A stretch of DNA of 64,000 bases from Mobula birostris. Lineage: Eukaryota. Positions 1-11,875 of this stretch are shown piece after piece (the first letter of the stretch is position 1; each line of letters opens with the position of its first letter). The position numbers and the translations under genes were made by a program. A model generated the notes under the pieces. That model searched no databases and was not told the origin of the DNA. It saw only the letters and a program-made list of their open reading frames with translations. The stretch is from positions 9,448,508 to 9,512,507 of the forward strand of contig NC_092388.1 in NCBI RefSeq assembly GCF_030028105.1, given 5' to 3'.

Positions 1-316
1 TGTTGCAAACTGCAGTGAGCAACACTGTCATTATTTTTGACCCCTATTAGGCAGGGGTACACTTTAGGGTAGTCTGGGGTGACGTACGTTTTATATTTTC
101 TTTTTTTTTGGAACACTCTGCCATGGCGTGTGCGCTCTCTCTCTCTCTTGCTCTCTCACTCTCGCTCTTTCTCTTGCTCTGTTGCACTCTTGCTTGCGCG
201 CTCGCTGTCTCTCAAAAAATTGATTTCCAGGATATTGTATGTAATTTGTGGGCATCAGGGAGCCACTATCTATATGCAGGAGACTCCCGGAACTTCCAGG
301 AGAGGTGGGATGTCTG
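1..316. mobile_element. Right end of a non-autonomous hAT-like DNA transposon (truncated by window start), containing a CT-rich microsatellite
   Basis: Ends in ggagactcccggaacttccaggagaggtgggatgtctg, resembling CAGACATCCCA-type hAT termini. The other terminus is not in the window, so TIR/TSD cannot be verified. Confidence 0.35.
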
Positions 317-829
317 CACACAGACAGGCCTCCAACCCCAGGAGGTGACCTCCGGGCCTCCACCTTCCAGTCCCTGGCCCAGACTCGCAGGCACTGGGCC
401 TCTGGAATCCAGACAGGCCAACCCACGGGCTTTAACCATCGGGCCTCAAGCTGTGGACTCACCAATAGCTGCACTGTAGATAGAACAGTAAAGCACAGAA
501 ACAGGCCCTTCAGCCCAAAATGTCTGTGCTGACTGATGTTAAGCCAAGCCAATCATGTCTTTTACACATGGTCTATCTCTTCATTCTGTGCCTCTCTTAA
601 ATGTAGTTATTGTATCTGCTTCCACTAGCTCCACTAACAGTTCATACCAAACGTACTCTGTGTAAATTAACTTAGCCACATAAATCTCATTTAAACTTTA
701 TCCCTCCCACCTAGTATTTGACATTTCCATCCCTGGGGGAAAAAAACTTTTACTGTCTACTCTGTCCATGATTCTCATAATTTTTGAGCGATTGCAAAGT
801 GAACGTAGAGTGTTTTCATAAGCATTGGC

Positions 830-1052
830 CAGCATGATATTGGGGTTGCTAGAGCAACGCTATTGTAGCAACAGCACCTGCGGTTCAATTCCCACCACTG
901 TCTGTATGTTCTCCCCCATAACTCCGGGTGCTCCAGTTTCCTCCTACTTTCCAAAGACATATACGTTTGTTAATTGGTTACAAAGATGTAATTGGGCAGC
1001 GGGGTCTCATTTGGCCAGAAGAGCCTGTGACCGTGCTGTATTTCTAAATAAA
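830..1052 (+). mobile_element. tRNA-derived V-SINE (HE1-like); representative of about 16 copies in the window
   Basis: B-box ggttcaattccc followed by the V-domain gtttgtacgttctccccgtg...gggtttcctccgggtgctccagtttcctcccaca. Other copies at ~1395-1670(-), 4485-4710(+), 5918-6170(+), 7135-7290(+), 15360-15655(+), 24735-24970(-), 30830-31095(+), 32020-32285(+), 39195-39335(-), 41710-41890 plus 42478-42547(-), 42560-42815(+), 43775-44050(+), 47740-48010(-), 55040-55260(+). Confidence 0.8.
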
Positions 1053-2055
1053 TAAATGTCTAGAACAAGAACATAGTACAGCACAGGACCAAGCACTTCA
1101 GCTCACAACATTGAACTGAACTAACTAAATTTGTAATCAAATGCCCAACTAACCTTATCCCTTCTGACTACATCATGTCCACTTCCTTCCATTCTCACAC
1201 AAAAGAACCTCGATCGTCTCTGCCTCTATCATCACCCCAGGCAGCACATGCTAGGCACCCACTACTCTGCATAAAAGAAAACTCACCCCTCACATCTCCT
1301 CTAAACTTCCCCCTCTCACCAAAAATGCATGCCCTCTGGTCTCTTTGCTGCCTTTGGAGATTTTGTTTATCTATTTGTTTACTTGTTTATTTATTGAGAT
1401 ACAGCCCTTCTGGCCCTTCAAGCTGCACTGCCCAGCAATCCCTCAATTTAATCCTAGTCAGGACAATTTACAATGACCAATTAACCTAACAACCATTATG
1501 TCTTTGGACTGTGGGAGGAAACCAGAGCACCCAGAGGAAACCCACACATTTCATGGGGAGAACGTACAAGCTCCTTAGAGAACAGAGAACAGCGCTGGAA
1601 TTGAACTCTGAACTTCAGAATGGCCCGGGCTGGAACAGTGTTGCGCTAACACGACACTACCATGGCACCCAACTTGGTATGTAGAATTACGAAATGCACA
1701 GGACTTATCAATGAGGAAGATGCGAAGAGTCATTTCTGAAAGTTGTTAGGATATTTGTGCTTTTGGGAAGTTTCTTCCAAATAGATAACTCCTCTCTCTT
1801 TCTGAGCGGGAGATGAATCTTATAATTGTTATAAGATTGTTGCAGGCAACTGCACAATTTCCACGAGGCATTGATTTTAAAGTTCAAATTAAATTCATTA
1901 TCAAAGTAAGTTTATATCATCATATACTACCCTGAGACTTCTGTACCTTCTTCCCAATGGCAGCAGCGAGAAAAGGGCATAGCAATTACTACCAAAATGT
2001 ATTTAATTTTGTTGTTCTCACCGTAATGAATTAAATTTCATATTTTCTTTTCAAG

Positions 2056-2157
2056 GTTATTATTCGAAATGGAGGACACATTCTGCCATATGATCAACCC
2101 GAACGTGCATTTGACATGATCGACCGCTTCATCTCCAGAAGAGGATTTTTCCTATGA
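2056..2157 (+). CDS. CPVL: Last coding exon of carboxypeptidase vitellogenic-like (serine carboxypeptidase S10)
   Basis: Polypyrimidine acceptor ttttcttttcaag ends at 2055. The exon reads VIIRNGGHILPYDQPERAFDMIDRFISRRGFFL*, containing the catalytic-His motif GGHxxPxDQP of S10 carboxypeptidases and closely matching the CPVL C-terminus as I recall it. It lies upstream of TRIL on the same strand. Confidence 0.9.
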   Translation, partial: VIIRNGGHILPYDQPERAFDMIDRFISRRGFFL

Positions 2158-2420
2158 ATGATGTTTTGGAATGAATTCTGTGGAGCAGGGTGGGGAGAGA
2201 ATAATGAGATAATTAAGTATAAACATTTTTTTTGCAATGGGATGAAGACTTTTTGAGCCACTTGTCAAGAGGCACAAGAAGTGAATGGAAAAATAACTGT
2301 TTTATATTGTGGATTTATGACCTGTAAACCATTTCCTATTGCCTTGTGTCAAATATTAACAAGGTCTTATGCCTTATCACTAGATGTGTTAAAAATGTCA
2401 GTGAATATTTCATCAATGGG

Positions 2421-2426
2421 AATAAA
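2421..2426 (+). terminator. Candidate polyadenylation signal of CPVL
   Basis: First AATAAA seen after the CPVL stop (264 nt downstream), in non-repeat AT-rich sequence. Confidence 0.45.
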
Positions 2427-2724
2427 AATTAAGTTGACTTTGAGCAAACTAATTACAAATTCACAAGGAAGCGTGTTTTTTTAACTTTATATACAAGGAT
2501 GTTTCTCATTTGGAGAAAGCTCCTCATTTAAGAGTCAGTCACGTTAACCCATGGCTTGCCAAAACTGCTCATTATTCTGTTTAATTGTGAAGCAAAAGAG
2601 GTGGTCAAGTTTGACATTAAAAAGTGTGTACAAATCATAGTGAGCTGGCTTTTCAAAAGATTTGATTTGTCAAGTGATGTGGCCATGAGACATTGCCATC
2701 TGCATCAGCCAAGCATTAGACAAG

Positions 2725-3110
2725 GTACAAGGTAGATTTATTATCAAAGTGTATTTTCTTGCAGGCATTCATGGTAGAACTAAGAAATACATTAGAATCA
2801 GTGGAAAAATACACACAGTGACAAACAACCAATGTGCGAAAGAAGACAAACTGTGCAAATACAAAAAAAGCAGAAGTAATAAAAAATAAATGTTAATAAA
2901 TAATATTGAGAACATGAGTTGTAGAGGCTTTGAACGTGAGTACATTGGTTGTGGAGTCAGTTCACTGATGAAGTGAGTAAAGTTATGTGTGTTGGTTCAG
3001 GAGCCTGATGGCTGAATGGTAACAATTGTTCCTGAACCTGGAGGTGTGAGACATTGTACCTCCTTCCTGCTGGCAGCAGAGGAGAACAAGAGTGCAAGAG
3101 TGCAAGGTGC
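2725..3110 (-). mobile_element. Rex1/Babar-type LINE 3' fragment; representative of about 15 fragments
   Basis: Minus strand encodes the conserved C-terminal motif (GRRY..)HTSRFRNN.Y.SAIRLLN followed by an AT-rich 3' UTR with gataataaa. Related pieces at ~7960-8225(+), 22300-22870(-), 23545-23800(-), 25925-26235(-), 26500-27190(-), 33145-33540(-), 38400-39000(+), 45130-45570(-), 45780-46590(-), 51920-52190(+), 57270-57830(-), 58050-58330(+), 60500-61870(+). Confidence 0.7.
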
Positions 3111-3139
3111 AAGGCTTGCCAGCAAACCAGCCAAGAATG

Positions 3140-3545
3140 GACACAAGAGATTCTGCAGATGCTGGAAATCCAGAGAAACACACACAAAATGCTGGAAGAA
3201 CTTGGCAGATCAGACAGCACCTATGGAAATGAATAAACTGTCGACACTTCAGGCTGAGACCCGTCTTCAGGTCTGGAAAGGAAGGAGGAAGATGTCAGAG
3301 TGAGAAGGTGAGGGGAGGGGAAGTAGTACAAGCTCACAGACGCTAGGAGAAACCATATGAGGGATAAGGTGGGTGAGTGGGGGATGGATAGTTAGAAGAG
3401 GTGAAGAGCTGAAGAAGAAGACATCTAACAGGAGAGTGGACCATGGGAGAAACAAAAGGAGGAGAGGCACCAGAGGAACGTGATGGATCGGTGAGAAGTG
3501 AGAGGGGGCGAGAATGACGAATAGAAGAAGAGAGAAGGGGGAAGG
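3140..3545 (-). mobile_element. Penelope-like element 3' end (pLTR) with degenerate hammerhead motif
   Basis: Same pyrimidine-rich tract, ctgaaga...gggtctcagcctgaag and gatgctg...gagttcttccagcattttgtgtg tail as found downstream of the GIY-YIG fragment at 41891-42477. Similar pLTR pieces at ~5220-5310, 5423-5515, 5645-5745, 10745-10870, 11880-11970, 48100-48235, 49530-49930, 50210-50305, 51390-51515, 54055-54190, 56415-56740. Confidence 0.7.
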
Positions 3546-4723
3546 TTTCTCAATGCCTGGTGTCCATATGTTTCTTATCTCTTTTTGTGGCACTCACTAT
3601 TTGGGCAAGGTGTTGTCGTGCAGGATCTTGCCACAAGGTGTGGAGCTGACCACAGAATACAAGTTTCCATACAAGTTATTTCAGTCAGTAAATCCAAACT
3701 TTCACTTGCAACTCAGTGGTGAAGAAAGATAATCATTGCTGGTTATATATTCAAGGCCATTGAGTCATAGCACAGGATCAGGCCCTTCAGCCCATCTAGT
3801 CTGTGTGAACTATCAATCTAGGTAGTCCCGTCCACCTGCACCCAAACCGTAGCCCCAATTCCCCTCCCATTCATGTACCTATCCAAACTTCTCTTAAACG
3901 TTGAGAGTGAACCGGCATCCATCACTTACACAGGCAGCTTGTTCCACACTCTCACCTCCCTCTAACTGAAGAAGTTGTCTCTCAGGTTCCCTTTTAACAT
4001 TGTCCCTCTCACCCTCAACCCTTGACCTCTAGTCCTAGTCTCACCCAACGTCAGAGGAAAAAGCCCGCTTGTATTAACCCCATCTATACCCCACCCCCAT
4101 AATTTTGTATACCTCTATCATATCTCCCCTCATTCTCATATGTCATATACTGTGCACTTAAGAATTTATCATTTGTAAGCGAATGAGAGGCAAGCTTTCA
4201 AATGTTTTTCTTCTCTCTTTTGGATTCTTTTTGGAATGGACTACCAGGCTGGGGGGGTGGGGGGGTGTGAATAAACAATGTTTTCTGGAGTACTTTACCG
4301 TGAAGATTTTTGCTTGGTTCCATGTGGGAGAAATACAGAAAATGATGTTACTGTTTAGTGGCTCAGTGGGCTGGGCTGCTCTTGTTCTTAGATTTTCAGT
4401 ATTGGCATTTTTTGTTTGTTTTTCAGTCCCCTGGCTCGCGCTGACGTCTTTCTGCCTGTCCTCAGCATTCTCTTCCATATCGGGTGGCACAGTGTTGTAG
4501 TAGTTTAACAGTGCCAGCGACCTGGGTTGGATTCCTGCAGCTGTCTGCAAGAAGTTTGTACACATTCCCCGTGACCGCTTGGGTTTCCTCCAGATGCTTC
4601 AGTTTCCTCCTGCATGGGTTAGTCGGTTAACTAGTCACACGGGTGTAATTAGGCAGTGTGGGTTCGTTAAGAGGGATGGGCCTAGTACTCTGCTGCATCT
4701 CCAAATTTACAAAAAAATAGAAT

Positions 4724-5150
4724 GGATTAATGGATTATGAGGACATGTAGTCCTCTTTTATTGTCATTTAGTAATGCATGCATTAAGAAATGATACATTA
4801 TTTCCTCTGGTGTGATATCACAAAACACAGGACAGACCAAGACTGAAAAAAACTGACAAAACCACATAATTATAATATATAGTTACAACAGTGCAACAAT
4901 ACCATAACTTGATGAAGAAGTCCATGAGCACAGTAAAAAGTTCAAAGTTTCTCAAATGTCCCACATCTCAGGCAGACAGGAGAAGGAAGAAAAACTCTCC
5001 CTGCCATGCCGACCACAATCCGACTCTGAGTCATCCGAAAACTTCGAGCTCTGATCAGCTCTCCGACATCGAGTACTGAGCGCCATCTCTGTCCGAACGA
5101 TTCGACCTCCTTCTCGGTCGCCAAAAGCAGGCAAGGCCGGGGATTTTGAA
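4724..5150 (-). mobile_element. 5'-truncated copy of a non-autonomous retroposon (subfamily A, see 27635-28258)
   Basis: Near-identical in reverse complement to the 3' part of 27635-28258; shared spurious ORF MQQYHNLMKKSMSTVKSSK. Confidence 0.75.
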
Positions 5151-6224
5151 AGACAGAGAAATAAAATAAATATTTCAGATTTCCAGAAACTGCAATGTTC
5201 TGGACCTTAAAGTTCTAACAAGTCTCTCCATAGATATTGCCTGACCTGCGGAGTTCCCCCAGTACTTTGTGTCCCTCAAGGTTGCCTGCACCTGCAGAAT
5301 CTCTTCTGTTTATAAAAAGTCTAAAGCATTTGAGAACATTTTGATAAGAAAAAATCAGAACTAACACATTAAGGTTACATCTCTGCGCTAGTGGTTAGAA
5401 TGCATAATAGTTTCCAGAGTAGCCTGTGATGAAGGGTCTCAGCCCAAAAGGTCGCTGTCTATTCCTCTCCGCAAATGCTGCCTGACCTGCTGAGTTCCCC
5501 CAGCACTGGCATCATTTTTTCTCAAGTATTTCACATCCTTACTGAGTTCCTCATCTATTTCAAATAAAGCTGAACACCTTACAAAATAAGTAGGCAAAAG
5601 AGTTTTTGTATGATATGTTGAGTTATCATAATGAAACATTAAATGTTTATTCCTCTCCATGGATGCTGCCTGACTTGCTGAGTTCCTCCAGCATTTTGTG
5701 TGTGTTGCTCTGAATTTCCGGCATCTGCAGAATCTCTTGTGTGTGTCTATGATGTGTTGTACAGGTTACCCACTGTAATTAGTGGGAAATTACTGCAACT
5801 TTATGTTCATATACTGAACTCCATAAAAATTCCTGCATTACATGGCATTCCAGAAGTGAACAACAGAACGCCGATTAAAATTTCCAGACTTTCCTTGGGC
5901 AGAATTCTGCTGGTTAGGGCGCCACGGTAGTGTAGCGGTTAGCGCGATGCTATTACAACTCGGAGCGTTCAGAGTTCGAAGGTCATTTCTGTAAGGAGTT
6001 TGTTCATTCTTCCTGTAGGCACGCAGTTTCCTCCGGGTGCTCCGATTTCCTCCCACAGTCCAAAGTCGTACTGGTTAGAAGGTTAATAGATCATTGCAAA
6101 TTGTTCTGTGATTGGGCTACGGTTAAATACGTGGGTTAGTCTATTCTGCGCTGTATCGCTAAATAAATAAATTGATTAAACGGCCATATTCCTGATTTTT
6201 TTTTACCTTTCTACTCACTCCGAG

Positions 6225-6735
6225 TTTCGGGGATTGTGTTGATTGTCCATCACATCAACAATAACAGGAGACCCGTGCACGAGAGTTTTTAAAGTGGAAA
6301 ACCCAACTCACTCTCTTGACCTCAGAGGACCGGGTCCAGTGGTACGGGTACGAGTAATCATCCTTGATTGCAGCGGATGACCATGACTTCTGTAGCTCGT
6401 CATACCCTTCCCCCTCCATGAAGTGTTGCAGAACCGCCTTCCTGGCTGTTGGATGTGTTACTGTAGATCTCATCCGCACAGTCTGCCAGAGCTGACTTCA
6501 CATGCTAGAACAGGCATATCTCTAGCTGACCGGGGTATGAGACCCGACGGTTGAAGCGGTGTCCTGGGGTATGGCTGCTATCGCACAAACAGCTACTTGG
6601 AGCCACAGCGGAGGGCTGTGTGATTGGTGGGGCCAAAGCTGAGTCAGCGGCCCCAGTATGGACATAACAAGCCCCATTCACCAGAGGCGCTACCCCTCCC
6701 TGGACACGACCTACACCCCATACATCAATGATCAT
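6225..6735 (-). mobile_element. Putative non-autonomous RTE-related element (5' UTR-like sequence)
   Basis: GC-richer island. The minus strand begins ...gggaggggtagcgcctctggtgaatggggcttg, similar in style to RTE-clade 5' UTRs. No ORF or TSD confirmed. Confidence 0.35.
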
Positions 6736-9700
6736 TACTAGACAAAACTAGGCGTAATATTCAACATTTAGGACAGAACTACCATCCAGGTTTTGCACAT
6801 CTTATGGATCCAATTAGCACACATGGGAAACATTTTCAAGTAGGAATTTCCTTTGTCTCTCAGGGAAGCTAGTCATCCTGTGAGCTGATTCTGCGGGGTG
6901 CCCGGGGCCAAATATCTGAGAATTGGTTGAGGACCACAGTTACTATTAACCATAAAATTCTCTTCCTTCCTGCAAAGGTAACGAGGATTAGACGATCTTC
7001 CCTCTAAAGTAGTAAATTGTCTAAAACGAATCTCTGAACTAGTTTGAACTTCAACTGTTTTAGGAAGGTGCATGAATTTCTTTTGATTTTGTTTTTGGTC
7101 AAACTGTTTAAAACATGCGGCATAGTAACGTAATGGCGGCAATGTGGCGCAGCGGTTATCGCATTACTGTACCTCAGATTACCAATGAGGGTTAAATTCC
7201 CGCCACTGTCTCTGTGAAACATTTTACGTTCTCCCTGTAACCATGTAGAGTCCATATTTTAAAAAAAACGTACAGATTAAGGTTAGTAAACGACACTTGC
7301 GGGTTTCCTTTCATTCTAAAATACACCCTTTCAATCCTTTCTTTCTAAACAGCAACCTTTCTTTAAGAGTGATTAATGTTTGTGTTTGAGTCAGTTGTAC
7401 TTTTTGACCACCCAGATTGAATTGAGGCAAACGGGTGACTGGTTTTGGATATTTAGGAGGCCAGGTAAGATTTTCCTCAGCCGACTGCTGCCAGCTACGG
7501 AACAAGAAGGGTTAATGTCTCTGGCTCTGGACTGCTGGTACATATAACTCCACCCTCTGAGGGAGTCAAACCCCTCTCGCCGTGTTTTGCTGGCAATACT
7601 ACTACTCCCTCTGAGAGGGGCGAGCTTGTCTGGACAGACAAACTAACGGTAAGTTTTCATTTAATGCACCCTGCTTCCCTGAGCGGCTCGACTGGGAAAC
7701 AATAGCTTTCCTTGCCGGAGAAAGAAACACAAATAGTTTCGTGCTTGCTTTGTGCTGACTCCTCAATATCCCGTTTTCCCCTCACCTGTTTTCATTTAAG
7801 TCATTCTTGCCATTACTTGGCCATTTTCAACTTCCAGCTCTTTATCTCTGCTGCATCATACTGTGCTGGCTAACGAATAACTGAAATGGAAGAGGCTACC
7901 CGACTTATGAATGATATTGCTGTTTTGTCAACCATCACATTTTACATCTGTGAATATTTCATTCTAATGACTCATTTACTTTCAATATTCTGCATATGTT
8001 GTCAATATTATTTATTACTTTTTTATTATTGTTTTTGTATTTCCACATTTTGTCCTCTTTTGCACATTGGTTGTTCGTCCGTCTTTGTGTGTAGTTTTTT
8101 CCCCCCATTAATTCTATTGTGTTTCTTTGCATCTACTGTGAATGCCTGTAAGAAAATGAATCTCAAGGTGGTATATGGTGACATATACGTACTCTGATAA
8201 TAAATTTACTGTGAATTTTGAACTTTTTGGTGCATTACTTCCAACAGTGTCAACACGCCTGAGCCCACATTCACCAAGATTAAAAAATACTTCCCTCGTT
8301 TTTGATGCAGTTATATTATTCTGTATAATCTCTAAAGTATTTTCACTCAAATGCTGACAACTCACCTCTGAAGAAAGCTGAGCAGATTGTCTTTGCCTCA
8401 GTTTAAACCAAATCTTCCATTTAACTGGACATTTGTTCCTATTGTGATGGCATTTTTGTGTGTGATCTCTCATTTAAAACGGGGATTGCTCTTTTGTTAG
8501 CGGTCTGTCTTCCTCGTGAAGTTTGCTGCTGAAGTTGGTTTACGCCCCTGATGGATTTCAGTTTCTAACTACGAACGTGCTGCACCTAACTTTTGAAGTG
8601 CATTAAACTGTTAGGGAGAATGCAATTCATGAGAGAACAAATTGTGTTTGCTTTGTATTTCTGCTTCCAGATTATTCAAAACCAGAATTTTGGGCATTGC
8701 CCACTCTCCCTCTATAATCCAAATCTCTGTTAACTTTCACCAGTCTCCCATTATTCCCGTGTTCATTTGTACCAGCTCTGGCCTCAGTTTGAAGACCCTC
8801 GTTCTTGTTCTAAATCCTGCCGTGATCCCACAGCTAACTCTGGAACCTTTGACAACTCTCCAAGATATCTGCACTTGTTATATCACCTTCATTTTAAATC
8901 GCTTCTCCGTTAGTGGCCCTGCCTACAATTTTTCCCATACTCTGGGATTCCCTCCTTAAAGCATCGCCCTCTCTATCACATTTTTTACCTTTTAAACTTT
9001 TACTTGTATCTTGCCTCTTTGACCATATTTTTAGTCTGCGTTGCGTAATCACACGAGGATCTGCAAATACTTTTGATCTTGAGGAATACAAAATGCTGGA
9101 TGGAGGAAATTGGCACCTCGGTCAGCATCGCCGGAAGCCCACGCTTTAGGCTGAGAAGTCTCTCCATAGATGCTGCCTGGCCTGCTGATTTCCTTCAACA
9201 CTGTGTGTGCGTGTTGCTTTTTATGTTGTGTGGTGTCAAACCTTTGCCTGTTGTCACTCCTGGTAATTGCCGCTTTAAATACGCGAAACTGTTAACAAGT
9301 TATTGTGGTTTCCTGTACTTCAATAATAAAGACACATTTTTTTTAAATTCCGGAGATGCCAGAGAGAGGGGATTATGCGTACAAGAACGTGCACGTGTAT
9401 GTGCATTTGCTTAAGCGCGTACTTGATCTTGCCCCTGCAAAACCAATAACGCAAAGGACGTATTTCTGTATGTTTCGATGTACAGTACATGTGATAAATC
9501 TGAATCCGATATGATCTCTAATTGAAAAGGACATGATGAACTCGTCAGATAAACTGGCTGAGAAATATATTTAAGGCTCACGTCAAAACTATCTTTGAGT
9601 AGCTAAGTGGACTGTCTCTTTAAAATTCCTCGCAAGTTGCCGGAGTTCTTGCCTTTTTGTATCTCCGCCCCCAAGAGTCAATCTGTTTGCAGCCGTTAAC

Positions 9701-10773
9701 CCTTGAGTGAAGCAGGCATGATCTTACAATGCCCAGCACTGCAATAACACAGGCAAAAATTTCTTAAAATATTAACAAGTTTTCAAATGTACTGATTTGA
9801 TCTTTGCTAAGTTCCTGCACGGAATGGCCTTGGTTGGCACAAGATTCCAACTGCGATTTCTGTGAATTTTCACTTTAACAATTACCAAAGAAAATCTTAA
9901 AATTCAAATCACAGCTCACGAGTACACAATCATTTTAAATATTTAATTCTGTTTGTTGTATGAGACGAGTTGTGTTCGGCATATTATGCAATCTATAATG
10001 TGTAAAATAGCTGCACAAATACCTTTTTTTCCCCCCTTTATAGGAGGGCTGGATTGGGAACTACCATTTCGCGGTTTTACTATTTCCTTAAGTTCCTAGT
10101 TCGGCAGACCTTATCTATCCCATTCTCAGTAAAGGCAGTGACTAGCTCAGCCAAGCCGATCACAACAGAAATGCAAGCAAGGTTCAAGATTGTGTAATGT
10201 CATTTCCTATACACAGGCGAAAAAGAACACGAAATAATTGTTACTCCGGATCCGATGCAGCACCAGAAAAAAACATAGGAGAAAGAACACAATAATAACA
10301 CACAATAAATATAAATACATAGGATAGCTTGTATACCTAGATACTAGCGTCCATAAAGTGATGCTAAGCACGGGAGTGTCTGTGCATAAGGTGACTGACA
10401 GGAAATAAATCGTGTGCTGGGTTAGTGGGCGGAGGTGTTGACTTGCCTTGCTTCTTGGAGTCTGGCCGTCCTGGCGTGGATGCTGTGTAGCCTCCTCGCT
10501 GAAGGAAATGGGACAAACATTCCATGAGCAGCGTGTGTGGGATCCTTCGTGATGTTACTGGCCCCTCTTCCGATGGAGCTTACAGATGGAGATCTTCATA
10601 ATCAGACACCATTACATGAAGTAAACGTTCTTGGAGATTTTTATTGCGGCGTAAAATGTATAATCAGTTCAAATGGGATTTGGGCTGGAATTTCCAGTGT
10701 AAGTTTGAAAAGCAGGTAAATCCATACTAATGGATACCATAGACACACGAAATTCTGTAGATGCTGGAAATCC

Positions 10774-10780
<7 letters not shown>

Positions 10781-10832
<52 letters not shown>
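10781..10832. repeat. (AC)26 microsatellite expanded within a Penelope pLTR tail
   Basis: Pure AC run replacing the short acacacaca seen in other pLTR copies. Confidence 0.95.
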
Positions 10833-10835
<3 letters not shown>

Positions 10836-10884
10836 GCTGGAGGAACTCAGCAGGTCAGGCAGCATCTCTGGCTTCTCCCCACAG

Positions 10885-11875
10885 CCATTCACGAAAGTGA
10901 TTCCAGGATTGAATGGTTTGTCATATGAAGAGCGTTTGATGGCTCTGGGCCTGTACTCACTGGAATTCAGAAGAATGAGGGGTGACCTCATTGAAACCTA
11001 TCGAATGGTGAGATAGAGTGGATGTGGAGAGAATGTTTCCTGTGGTGAGAGATGTTAAGACCAGAGGACACAGCCTCAGAATAGAGGGCGTCCTTTTAGA
11101 ACGGAGATGAGGAATTTCTTTAGCCAGAGAGTGACGAATTTGTGGAATTCGTTGCCACAGGCAGCTGTGGAGGCTGTCTTTATTTACGAGGGGTGATTGA
11201 TAAGTTCGTGGTGGCCTAAGGCAGAAGGAGTCAATTTTAGAAAACCTACCACATTTATTTTTCAACATAGTCCCCTCCTACATTTACACACTTAGTCCAG
11301 CGGTCGTGGAGCATACGGATCTTGGACCTCCAGAAAGTGGCCACAGCAGGGGTGATTGATAAGTTCGTGGCCTACGGTAGAAGGAGATGAGTTATTAACT
11401 TCAAACTTTCTGCATAATCATTCAAAGGGTTGAACTGTATGTGCATATAACGATAGCCGTATAACTCATCGCCTTCTCTCAGGCCATGTAACGAGAGCTG
11501 TATATAACTCATCGCCTCCTTTCAGGCCACGAACTTATCAATCACCCATCTGTGGACACTTTCTGGAGGTCCAAGATCTGTATGCTCTACGTCCGCTGGA
11601 CTAAGTGTGTAAATGTAGGAGGAGACTATGTTGAAAAATAAATGTGCTAGGTTTTCTAAAATTGACTCCTCCTACCTTAGGCCACGAACTTATCAATCAC
11701 CCCTCGTGTATTTAAGGTGGAGGTTGATAGATTCTTGCTTGTTCAGGGCATGAGGGGATACAGGGGGAAGGCAGAAGATGGGGTCTAAGATGAAAATTGG
11801 ATCAGCCACGACGAAATGGCGGAGTAAACGCCATGGGCCAAATGGCCTAATTCTGTTCCTATAGTATGGTCTTGT
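10885..11875 (+). mobile_element. CR1 LINE 3' fragment interrupted by a mariner-type MITE
   Basis: Encodes FTKVIPGLNGLSYEERLMALGLYSLEFRRMRGDLIETYR (CR1 ORF2 C-terminus). The 3' UTR resumes at 11707 and ends with gggccaaatggcctaattctgttcctatagtatggtctt. Confidence 0.85.
11187..11706. mobile_element. Tc1/mariner-type non-autonomous element with long inverted repeats
   Basis: Termini cgaggggtgattgataagttcgtgg / ccacgaacttatcaatcacccctcg. TA on the left (11185-11186), TG on the right. The ~210-bp arms are inverted copies of each other. Confidence 0.85.

Noticed and set aside
79-552. Overlapping 89-153 aa ORFs at the window start
   Set aside because: They arise from a CT microsatellite and repeat sequence; low complexity and no domain.
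7440-7760. Possible non-coding TRIL 5' exon (donor-like aggtaaga and cggtaagt) with small inverted repeats
   Set aside because: No transcript evidence and no clear promoter; such motifs occur by chance.
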